From Candidatus Latescibacterota bacterium (GTDB taxonomy: Bacteria > Latescibacterota > UBA2968), in assembly GCA_965198115.1 (NCBI GenBank), contig OZ240241.1, positions 6,304,001 to 6,368,000 on the forward strand: 64,000 bases of DNA, read 5' to 3'. Each line of letters starts with the position of its first letter. Position 1 is the first letter of the stretch. Positions 41,743-50,895 of this stretch are shown piece by piece. Position numbers and translations under genes: made by a program. The notes beneath the pieces are model-generated. The model was given only the letters and a program-made list of their open reading frames with translations. It ran no database searches and had not been told where the DNA came from.

Positions 41743-42147
41743 ATGAGAAGAGTGAACAGTAAGGGCATAGGTCTTCTGCTGACCGCGACGATGTTGATCG
41801 CTACCCATCTCTCGATGGGTGGACGTGTCATCTGTGTGGGACCCGACGGCCACGTCGCGATCGAGGCTTCCGATTGGCGTGGGACCTGTGCGGACTCCAA
41901 TCCTAAGGATTTGCTTTCGTGTTCTTTGATCCCTTCTACGCACTGCGGTACGTGCCTCGATTTTGAAATTACAATCGATCGGGCTCCGAAGGTCGGGGGT
42001 AAGACCATCGAGCTACCAGTTCTATCCCGCGCCGATCTTATTGTGCCCTTGGCGTCCATCATCCCATTCAAACGTCTATCGCACCTACCTCCCACCAGCC
42101 ATATCCCTCCAGGTCATCTGGCTCAGAACGCCGTTCTGATCATCTGA
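41743..42147 (+). CDS. Cys/His-rich membrane-anchored leader protein upstream of the czc operon
   Basis: N-terminal hydrophobic helix, CVGPDGHVAIE, HCGTCLD, C-terminal HLAQNAVLII. Confidence 0.7.
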   Translation: MRRVNSKGIGLLLTATMLIATHLSMGGRVICVGPDGHVAIEASDWRGTCADSNPKDLLSCSLIPSTHCGTCLDFEITIDRAPKVGGKTIELPVLSRADLIVPLASIIPFKRLSHLPPTSHIPPGHLAQNAVLII

Positions 42148-42230
42148 CACTTCCTGATCCTCACGGGTTGTCGTAGTTCGCAGCAGCGCCCTCCGCGCTC
42201 TGCCAGATTCCGTGTATCAGGAGGCGTTTT

Positions 42231-43426
42231 ATGTACACCGCTCTCAATCTGTTGACAGGTCTCATTCTCGCCGTGTGGTTCACTCAGGCCAAGACGGCGT
42301 CTGCCCAGGTGCTGACTCGGTCCGAGGTCGTGCGGATCGCCTTGGCTGATAACCCAAGGGTTTCCGCCGCGAGGGCCGCGTGGGATGCGGCGAAAGCCCA
42401 GCGACTGGTCTCGCTGGCTCTGGAAGATCCGAGAGAAATATCGGAATCACGCAAAGAATCGAGTCGCCTCTGAAGTGGTGGTTTCGCCAACGCGCTTCCG
42501 GTCAACGGGCGGAAGCCGTGCACTTCTCGACTTTCGAGGCGACACGTCTGGACATTGAAGTCGAAGCAAAAACGATCTTCGACCGCGTGCTGGCCGATCA
42601 GGCGATCTTCGCCGCTTCTGAAGAGAATCTTCGGCTTGCTCGGGACCTTGCTTTCAAGGCTCGTAGTCGATTCGAGGCGGGAGATGTCGCCCGCCTGGAG
42701 GTGATGCGGACCGAAGTCCAGGTTGGCCTTGCGGAAATCGCGCGGACCGATGCGGAGGCCAGGTCAACCACGTCGAAAGCCTCTTTGAATACCATCCTGG
42801 GAAGAGAAGTCACTGCGCCTACCGTGATTACGGGCGAACTCACCCTGGAGCCTGCCTCCTTCGAACTCGCCTGTCTGAAGCACCGGTCCTCAATCCAGCG
42901 ACCCGATCTGAATGGTGCTCGCCAGTTGCTGATGAGCCTACGATCGGCGAAATCTGGCACGGTCGTGTCCCTGGTTCCCGATCTGAGCCTTGGCTTTTCG
43001 CGGCAGACGATCGCGGGTCCTGGTGGAAGGTCGTCTTTCTGGCGGACCACACTCGGGATCGAGATACCCGTGTGGGCGCCGTTTCGGCAGCGAGGAGAGG
43101 TAAGTGCTGCCGCCGCGGAGGTTCGACAGGCTGAGGCCAACTACGAGGGTCTCGAGCAGAAGGCTATGCTGGAAGTGGAGTCGAGTCTTTCGGCGCTTAC
43201 GGCCGCCCAAAAGCGAGCGGCGGTGTTCAAGACCGGCGTGCTAAGATTGGCGGAGGCGGCATACGACGCGGCGTCCGAAAGCTATCGACAGGGTAAGGCA
43301 ACGTATCTGGAGCTTCTGGAAGCACAGAAGACTCTTACCGAGACCCGGATCGCCTATTTCGAATCGATCTTCGACTACCGGCGTGCGTTGGCTGAGCTGG
43401 AACGGGCGACAGGAGGATCACTGTGA
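42231..43426 (+). pseudogene. czcC: CzcC-like TolC protein, frameshift/deletion near 42430
   Basis: AGGAGG RBS; signal peptide and ALADNP in 42231-42473; the remainder (RFEAGDVARLE, YRQGKATYLELL) is in another frame. Confidence 0.75.
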
Positions 43427-44718
43427 TGCGAATCAGCGAGCGGAAGAATTGGACATGGAAGACGACCTGGTGGGGTCTTCTACTGGGCGGACTGGCGGTC
43501 TGCTTTGTGACTGCTCACGTCGCCGCCCAACCCGAGGAGCATAACGACCACGGGGAAGACGTTCACGAAGAGGAACGGTCCGTGCATCTGAGCGCGGTGG
43601 AAATCGAGGAATTCGGAATCCGACTGTCTCGTGCAGAAGCGGGCGTGATCGGACCTATCATCGAACTAGCAGGAGAGATCGTGGCCAACCCGGACCGGTT
43701 CGCTCACGTCGTGCCACGCGTGGGTGGCATCGTGAGGCGCGTCGAGGCAAGTCTCGGGGACCACGTTAAAGCTGGAGCTGTGATGGCGACCACCGATAGT
43801 CGAGAGCTTTCCGATCTGAAATCAGCTTATCTGGCCGCGGTCGAAAGACGCGAATTGGCCAGAGCTGCTTTCGAGCGTGAGGAGCGGCTGTGGAAACAGA
43901 ATATTTCGTCCGAACGCGATTTCCTCGAGGCGAAGCAGTCATTCGCCGAAGTACGCATTGAAGCACGGTCGGCGGAGCATAAGCTCCACGCACTCGGGTT
44001 CTCGGAGGCGTATCTGAAAACACTTCCCCGCCAGCCGGATGTTTCGTTCACAGAGTTCGAGATTCGAGCCCCTTTCGATGGTGTCGTCGTCAGCAAGCAT
44101 CTTGCACTCGGCGAATCGGTGGATGAGGATTCGGATGTTTTTTCGGTCACCGATTTGAGTCGAGTCTGGGCCATCCTCGCGGTGTATCAGAAGGATCTTA
44201 AATGGGTTGTCCACGGCATGCGTGTGGCGGTTCAGGACCGCGAAGGAGGGACCGAACGCTCCGAGGGTAAGATTTCGTATGTGAGTCCCGTTATCGACGA
44301 GACGACCCGTAAGGCGAGCGTTCGGGTTGTTCTGGACAATCAGAGCGGAGCCTGGAGGCCCGGGATGTTCGTGAGAGGACGCATCGTGACGGAAGGGCAT
44401 TCGGTTGCAGTGGCGGTGCCGCGAACGGCGGTGCAGCAGCTCGACGGAGAGGACGTCGTTTTCGTCCACGACGGTACGGAGTTCGAGGCGCGCGATGTTC
44501 AAACAGGCAGAGCAGCGGGGGATCTGATTGAGATTGTGACCGGCTTGGAGGCCGGGGAGACGATAGCAGTTCAAGGCGCGTTCACGCTCAAGACGCAGAT
44601 CGAGAAGGGTGAGTTCGAATCGGGCCACAGCCTGAAACCGAGGCGTCAGTGTTCAGAACACCGAACGGTCCTGTCCAGATCGCCTGGCGTTGTACTTTCC
44701 TGTGTGTTTGAATCCTAA
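43423..44718 (+). CDS. czcB: CzcB-like membrane fusion protein (C-terminus runs into unrelated sequence after about 44630)
   Basis: His-rich N-terminus, IRAPFDGVV, WRPGMFV, VPRTAVQ, GAFTLK. Confidence 0.85.
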   Translation: MMRISERKNWTWKTTWWGLLLGGLAVCFVTAHVAAQPEEHNDHGEDVHEEERSVHLSAVEIEEFGIRLSRAEAGVIGPIIELAGEIVANPDRFAHVVPRVGGIVRRVEASLGDHVKAGAVMATTDSRELSDLKSAYLAAVERRELARAAFEREERLWKQNISSERDFLEAKQSFAEVRIEARSAEHKLHALGFSEAYLKTLPRQPDVSFTEFEIRAPFDGVVVSKHLALGESVDEDSDVFSVTDLSRVWAILAVYQKDLKWVVHGMRVAVQDREGGTERSEGKISYVSPVIDETTRKASVRVVLDNQSGAWRPGMFVRGRIVTEGHSVAVAVPRTAVQQLDGEDVVFVHDGTEFEARDVQTGRAAGDLIEIVTGLEAGETIAVQGAFTLKTQIEKGEFESGHSLKPRRQCSEHRTVLSRSPGVVLSCVFES

Positions 44719-44754
44719 CGACTTCTAGGGCTGACACGTAAGTCGCACTGTAGA

Positions 44755-47700
44755 ATGAACCGGCTGCTCGTTCTTGTGCTGGGTGTGCTTATGGCTGGCG
44801 CCGGGTACTACAGTTATGTACAGCTCCCTGTTGATGCTTTCCCCGACGTGTCTCCGAATCTGGTGCAGGTGTTCACGGAGACGGAGGGACTGGCGCCTGA
44901 GGAGATCGAGAAGTTCGTGACCTACCCGATCGAGACCGCGATGAACGGATTGCCCGGCGTCGTCAACGTTCGCTCGGTTTCCAACTTCGGGTTGTCCGTC
45001 GTGAACGTGTATTTCGAAGACGGAATGGACATTTACTTTGTCAGGCAACTCGTGAACGAACGTCTGCAGGAAGCGCGGGAGCAGATCCCTGAAGGGTTCG
45101 GCGATCCGACAATTGGCCCGATTTCAACGGGCATGGGGCTGATCCTGTTCTACTACTTGGAGGACCAGACGGGAACGCGAAGTCTCGAGGAATTGAGGAC
45201 GATCCAGGACTGGCTCGTCAAGTTTCACCTCCAGACCGTCCCGGGCGTGACGGAGGTCCTGGGAATCGGTGGTTACGAAAAGCAGTACCAAGGTCGTGAT
45301 CGATCCGGACGCTTTGGTTCAATATGACGTGACGATCCAGGAGGTCATCGAGAGGGTTCGGGCGAACAACCTGAACGTGGGCGCCCAGTTCATCGAAAAA
45401 GATGCCGAGGAGTATGTCGTTCGTTCCGTGGGTTGGCATCCACGATCGAGGATATCCGGGGGATCGTGATCAATGCGGTGGACGGTACACCCGTGTATCT
45501 CAATCAGCTTGCAGAGGTAAGGGTGGGAGGCGCCATTCGGCGCGGTGTGCAGACGCACGATGGGGTCGGGGAGGTGGTAGCCGGGATGGTGGTCAAGCTG
45601 TTCGGTACGAACTCCTCCACGGTGATCGAGCGCGTGGAGGCAAAGATGATGGAGATCAACCGGATCCTGCCCGAAGGTGTGAAAATCGTTCCCTACTACG
45701 AGCAGAAGGAGTTGGTGGCCGAGTGTGTGGCCACTGTCACGGACGCTCTTGTAGAAGGTATCGTCCTTGTGACGTTGGTCCTGTTCGCTTTCCTGGGGGC
45801 CCCTTCGACCCAGCCTGGTGGTAGCTCTTGCGATCCCGTTTTCTGTTCGCGACGCTTGGAATGGGTGCCTTCGGGATTTCCGCGAATCTGATGTCCCTGG
45901 GTGGCCTCGCTATCGCTATCGCTATCGGGCTACTCGTGGACGGTTCCATCGTCATCGTGGAGAACGTCGATCGACAGCTGCGGGAGGCCGGTCCAGAGGA
46001 ACCGCGTGGTGGCCAGGGCCTGCACGGAGGTCGGACGGCCGATCGCGTTCTCTCTCATCATCATCATCATCGTATTCGTGCCGCTGTTTACGCTCCAGGG
46101 CGTGGAAGGAAAGACCTTTCGTCCGCTTGCCTACACGGTTTCCCTGGCTATGCTGGGGTCGCTTGTCTTCGCGCTGTTCCTGTCTCCCGTTCTGTCCCAT
46201 CTGATGATGCGCCCGCCGAACGGGTCGCGTCGTGGGGAGCACGAGGAGGGTCGGGTGCTGCGGTGGCTGATCGAAACCTACCGGCCCATGGTCACGTTTT
46301 TCGTATTCCGTCGCCGGCTGGCGGTCGCAGCCGCAGTAGTCCTGGTTGCGTTCGGGGCGACGATCTTCCCGCTCCTCGGATCGGAATTCACGCCCTCTCT
46401 GCAGGAAGGGTCTATGGTGCTTCGCCTGACGATGGCTCCGTCGATTTCCCTGAGAGAGAGCACCCGGATCACACTTCTCGTGGAGCGGCGTCTCATGAAG
46501 TTGCCGGAGGTCACGGGGGCCGTGACCCGCATCGGCCGCGGTGAGATCGGGGCGCATACGGACCCCATCAACAGCGCCGAGATTTACGTGCTTCTCGAGC
46601 CTCGGGAGGCGTGGCGCACCGCGGAGACTCAAGACGACCTGGAGGACGTCATTCGGCAGGAGCTGGGGGACATCCCGGGGGTTTTGACGAATTTCACACA
46701 GCCGATCGCGATGACAGTGGACGAGCTTCTGGAGGGCGTGCGCGCCGAACTGGCGGTGAAGCTGTTCGGCGACGATCTGGATCTGATGAAGGAGAAGGCG
46801 GACGAGATCGCCGCGGTGGTGCGCACGGTCCGGGGCGCTGCGGACGTCCAGGTGGACCAGGTCGGGGGGACGCCGCAACTTCTCATCCGGGTGGATCGGC
46901 AGGCGATCGCCCGCTACGGGATCAACGTTGAGGATGTGCAGCAGGTCATTCGTGCCGCCGTGGGGGGTGAAACAGCCGGACAGATCTTCGAGGGTGTCCG
47001 CCGATTCGACATTCTGGTGCGATTCGCTGAACCGTATCGGAATACGCCTGATGCGATCGGCCAGATTCTCGTGCAGGCGCCCGATGGGGTTCGGGTTCCA
47101 CTGGCACAGATCGCACGGATCGAGGAGATCGTTGGTCAGCGTCAGATTACGAGGGAGAACAACCAGCGGTTCATCACGGTGCAGTGTAACGTCACAGACC
47201 GGGACATTGTGTCGTTCGTGGAGGAGGCTCAGGAAGCCATTGATGCCAGCGTGAGTCTGCCTTCCGGCTACCTGGTGACGTGGGGCGGGCAATTCCGACT
47301 GCAGCAGGAGGCCAACCGGCGGCTGGCCCTGGTCGTGCCCATCACCCTGCTGGTCATCTTTCTGCTGCTGTTTTCGAGCTTCAACTCCTTGAAGAGCTCC
47401 ATTCTTGTCCTTCTCAATATTCCGTTGGCCCTGGTCGGTGGTGTGGTGGGTCTTTGGCTGACCGGGCAGAACCTGTCCGTTCCCGCGTCTGTGGGTTTTA
47501 TCGCGTTGTTCGGCATCGCGTTGGCCAACGGGATGGTTCTCGTTACCTACCTGAACCAGCTTCTGCACGACGGCGTGGCTCTGGACGAGGCGTCGATTCG
47601 GGGCGCGTGCCTGCGCGTGCGTCCGGTGCTGATGACGGCATTGGCGGCGGCGCTGGGTTTGATTCCACTGTTGTTTTCCACCGGTACGGGCAGGGAGGTC

Positions 47701-47835
47701 CAGCGTCCACTTGCCACGGTTGTGGTGGGTGGACTAGTGACTTCGACAGCTTTGACGCTGCTTGTGATTCCGGCGCTCTACAAGTGGTTCGCAACTTCCC
47801 CCAAACACGAATCGGCCGCCTTGGTCGCCGATTGA
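44755..47835 (+). pseudogene. czcA: CzcA-like divalent-metal RND transporter with several frameshifts in 45290-46010
   Basis: LPVDAFPDVSP, GLLVDGSIVIVEN, EGKTFRPLA, VGFIALFGIA, RVRPVLMT, EVQRPLATVV; the first ~10 codons are missing. Confidence 0.85.
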
Positions 47836-47877
47836 AGGGAGGAATGACAAGAAACAGGAAAAGGATAAATTGGACGC

Positions 47878-47908
47878 TTGACCCTGTACCTCAGTACAGG
47901 GTTATCTT
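47878..47908 (+). promoter_or_regulatory. MerR-type promoter/operator
   Basis: TTGACC, 19 bp spacer, TATCTT; dyad ACCCTGTAC-CTCA-GTACAGGGT at 47881-47902. Confidence 0.88.
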
Positions 47909-47927
47909 TAGAGGAAGGAGGAACCAG

Positions 47928-48017
47928 ATGGGGCTCAGGACCGGGGATCTTGCGAAGTTGGCTCAGGTCAATACCCAGACTCTCAGGTATTACGAGCGGA
48001 GAAGATTGCTGCCTTAG
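47928..48017 (+). pseudogene. merR: merR N-terminal fragment (29 aa)
   Basis: AAGGAGG RBS; MGLRTGDLAKLAQVNTQTLRYYERRRLLP, then a stop at the IS junction. Confidence 0.8.
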
Positions 48018-48142
48018 TGCATGGGTTCATAAATATTATTACGTATGTCCTGAACATTATTTGTAGCTTATGTTCTCCTTCAAAAGGAGGAGAACAATGC
48101 CAAGACGTTCGCCTTATGTGGTGCTACTGTCTGAGAAGGAGA
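48015..48142 (+). mobile_element. IS630-like left-end remnant
   Basis: Begins at a TA; AT-rich; AGGAGG RBS followed by MPRRSPYVVLLSEKE at 48097, resembling IS630 transposase N-termini. Confidence 0.55.
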
Positions 48143-48156
48143 CAACATTGCCGCCC

Positions 48157-49125
48157 TCATCCTACCCTTATCTTCCCATCATCCACATCCTCTCCCACCT
48201 CGACCATCACCTGCAGCATCCGCAGCGAATCCTCGTCGTGCTCTTTCGATTGCTTGTCAAACCCCCATCCTGAGCCGGTTATCTTGTCACAGAACGCGCC
48301 CGCAAACGTGCGTTCCTCGCTCTCGCCCAGCACATCGCTCAGGATTCGAATCGACTCCAATAGAATCTCCCGCATCTCCGACTTTGAGGGATTGTCATCG
48401 AAGTCCATGGCATTGACGATAAACCTTCCCACGTCCAGGCAGGAGGCCCCGATCACCCCGCCCGGATCGATCGCCATCCAGCCTCTCGATTTGTCGCTGA
48501 GGATGTTCCAGTGGTGAAGATCTCCGTGAAGCAGCAACTGAGGTTCTTCCGGTGCCATAAGCGTATCCAGGATTGCCTGCGCGCGCGGCATCTGTTCGAG
48601 GTAAGGACGGGAACGCCCGAGATCGCTACAATTCCTTATGTCACGAAACGCTTCGTTCATCCAGTCCTGGAAGTGTGGAAGGTTGTGTGTAGCAGGCGGC
48701 GGTGTTTTATGCAGTTCGACTAGAATCCGTCCCGTGATCTCTGCGCGCTCCTCGCGATTCGGATTGCCCGCCAGCATCGTACCGGGATGTAACCGTTCAA
48801 GCAGCATGGCGCCAAGATCCTCGTCGAGGTCGATCAGCCTGCTGATGCCGCGCCCTTCGTAGATCGCTAGCGCTTCCATTTGGGCTGTGAGATCCGCGTC
48901 AGGCAGGACGACCTTCAGAATCGCCTCGTCCCCATTGGGCAACATCACGAATCCGACAAAGTTTCCCTTGATCTCGTCGACCGCACGCCCAAGTGTCAGT
49001 CCCCATTTCTCGCGGCAGCCCTTCAGGATTTCCGGAAGCTCCTCAAGCCATGTCTTGTCGCCTCTCGACGCGTGCCTGATCATGCGAGCTGGGAAATCAG
49101 GGATATCTGGTCCGTAACTCTCCAA
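48157..49125 (-). CDS. APH(6)/StrB-like aminoglycoside-hydroxyurea kinase family protein
   Basis: WLEELP, AILKV, AMLLERLHPG, LLHGDLHHWNIL, WMAIDP. Confidence 0.85.
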   Translation of the reverse strand: MESYGPDIPDFPARMIRHASRGDKTWLEELPEILKGCREKWGLTLGRAVDEIKGNFVGFVMLPNGDEAILKVVLPDADLTAQMEALAIYEGRGISRLIDLDEDLGAMLLERLHPGTMLAGNPNREERAEITGRILVELHKTPPPATHNLPHFQDWMNEAFRDIRNCSDLGRSRPYLEQMPRAQAILDTLMAPEEPQLLLHGDLHHWNILSDKSRGWMAIDPGGVIGASCLDVGRFIVNAMDFDDNPSKSEMREILLESIRILSDVLGESEERTFAGAFCDKITGSGWGFDKQSKEHDEDSLRMLQVMVEVGEDVDDGKIRVG

Positions 49126-49274
49126 GAGTTTCTCTCTCGTCTATCGCTATGACTATTCGCGTGATCTGAGCGCGGCCCGGGGATGGGCCGACTTTCAGGC
49201 AGCGGCATGGCACATAACGTTTGAGCGAGCGCGGAGCCGGTTTGGGTGGCTGGGTTCTTGGGGCGGGGGCGCGC

Positions 49275-49430
49275 CAGGACTGTGGGGAAAGCCGGATTGT
49301 TGGCTTCTCGTGCAAGAAACGGGGATTCTGTCCGAGTTGCACAGGACGGCGGATGGCCGATACAGCCGCACGGTTGACCGACGAAGTACTGCCGAGAGTG
49401 CCGGTCCGCCAGTGGGTGCTCAGCTTACCT
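49275..49430 (+). mobile_element. IS91/ISCR transposase fragment (Zn-binding domain)
   Basis: DCGESRIVGFSCKKRGFCPSCTGRRMADTAARLTDEVLPRVPVRQWVLSLP. Confidence 0.88.
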
Positions 49431-49549
49431 TGTTCTTCCTGACGGAGGACGAGCGCACCTTTATCACGGAGGGCGCCACTCAGCTCGTCGAGGACTACCG
49501 CCGGATGCTGGCCTGACCTCTCACGACGTGCCGAGGCCTTCGGGGCATC

Positions 49550-50881
49550 TCAGGGCAGCCTGAAGAAGCTCCCGGCGATGTGGCGGACTACCTGAACTTC
49601 CTCGATCGGTTCGTCCTGATCCTTGGCGCAGAACCAATAGGCGACGAAGATGCGGCCGTCGGGCAGCTCGGTCGGCATCTGGTACCCCAGATCATAACTG
49701 TAGCCGTCGCCGCGCACGACGAACTCCTCACTCCAGGTTTCGCCAAGATCGTCGCTGACGACGCCGAGAATGCCGCGGTTGCCCAGATTGGCGGTGCGGC
49801 GCGCGAAGAGGACTAGGATGCGGCCGTCCCGCAGCACCAGAGCCGAGGGACAGCGCCAGCGATTGGCGAGCCTCGGATCGTTCAGCGGACGCTCCGGCTC
49901 CGGATCGCTCATGCGGCCGAAGTGATTGCCCGGGCCGGTAAAGAAGCGGATGGGCGACCATGTCGTGCCGTCGTCGTCGGAAAAGGTGACGCAGGGCATT
50001 TCCGGCGGAATCTGGTACATCGTGCACATCAGCCGCCCGTCCGGCAGGCGGTGCACGCCGGAGTAGGTGTAGCCGTACTTGTCGACGCCCGGAGCCGTGG
50101 GGGCGAGATGGGGGCTGACGCGGGCGATCTCGCTGCAGTACTCCCACGAGATGCCGTTGTCGTAGCTGACGTAAAAGCACATGGCATGCCGCCAGTGATG
50201 GGCGCCGGCGATGCCGAGGACTCCGTTGTCGAAGCGGACACAACCCAGATTCGATCCCAGAAATCCACCGTCGGGGGCCCATGGTGGGGCGTCGATGAGG
50301 GTGGCGTGGGACTCCCAGGTACGACCGCGGTCGCTGCTGCGCAGGCTGAATGACGGCGGATGCCGCGGGTGACCGAGGTCGCCACCCTCTGATCCAACCA
50401 AACCGATCGGCGGTTTCAGATAGGTTCCGTGGCAGAAGTGGATGATGGAGTCCGGCTCACCCAGGTCGATTTCCTCGCGTTCGGCGCGGGGTCGCGGTCG
50501 GAGCCAGTCGAGGATCTCGTCGGTCGAGCGGTCGTTGTGCCAGAGCCACTGGCGCTCCTCGTCCGGCCAGGTCTCGCCGTGGTCGAAGGAGCGGCTGATG
50601 ATGCAGCCCGATTCGCCGCCCCAGCGCGGGTGATGGCTCCACATGCTGCGGGGGCCGCCGCAGTGCCGGCTCCAGGCCCGGTTGGGGCCGTCCCGCATGA
50701 CGTTGTAGTCCATCGGCAGCGCCAGGTAGGCCACGGCGATCTCACCATCGCCGAAGTTCCAGATGCCGCCGCGATTGACGGCATACAGATACATGCCCTC
50801 GTCGCGGTGGACGACGATGTGACGCAAGTCCTCGAGCTCCACCCTGTGCGTGCCGACGGTGCGTTTTGACGTGTGTGTCAT
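49550..50881 (-). CDS. BNR/Asp-box sialidase-fold protein
   Basis: Five Asp-boxes (SFDHGETW, SSDRGRTW, SYDNGISW, SDDDGTTW, SDDLGETW) and DLGY; no signal peptide. Confidence 0.85.
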   Translation of the reverse strand: MTHTSKRTVGTHRVELEDLRHIVVHRDEGMYLYAVNRGGIWNFGDGEIAVAYLALPMDYNVMRDGPNRAWSRHCGGPRSMWSHHPRWGGESGCIISRSFDHGETWPDEERQWLWHNDRSTDEILDWLRPRPRAEREEIDLGEPDSIIHFCHGTYLKPPIGLVGSEGGDLGHPRHPPSFSLRSSDRGRTWESHATLIDAPPWAPDGGFLGSNLGCVRFDNGVLGIAGAHHWRHAMCFYVSYDNGISWEYCSEIARVSPHLAPTAPGVDKYGYTYSGVHRLPDGRLMCTMYQIPPEMPCVTFSDDDGTTWSPIRFFTGPGNHFGRMSDPEPERPLNDPRLANRWRCPSALVLRDGRILVLFARRTANLGNRGILGVVSDDLGETWSEEFVVRGDGYSYDLGYQMPTELPDGRIFVAYWFCAKDQDEPIEEVQVVRHIAGSFFRLP

Positions 50882-50895
50882 GTCTCATTCTCCGG

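Noticed and set aside
45952-47568. Long antisense ORFs (also 709-1848, 3999-5303, 55663-56766, 59860-60966)
   Set aside because: They shadow well-supported genes on the other strand, lack motifs, and are expected in GC-rich DNA.
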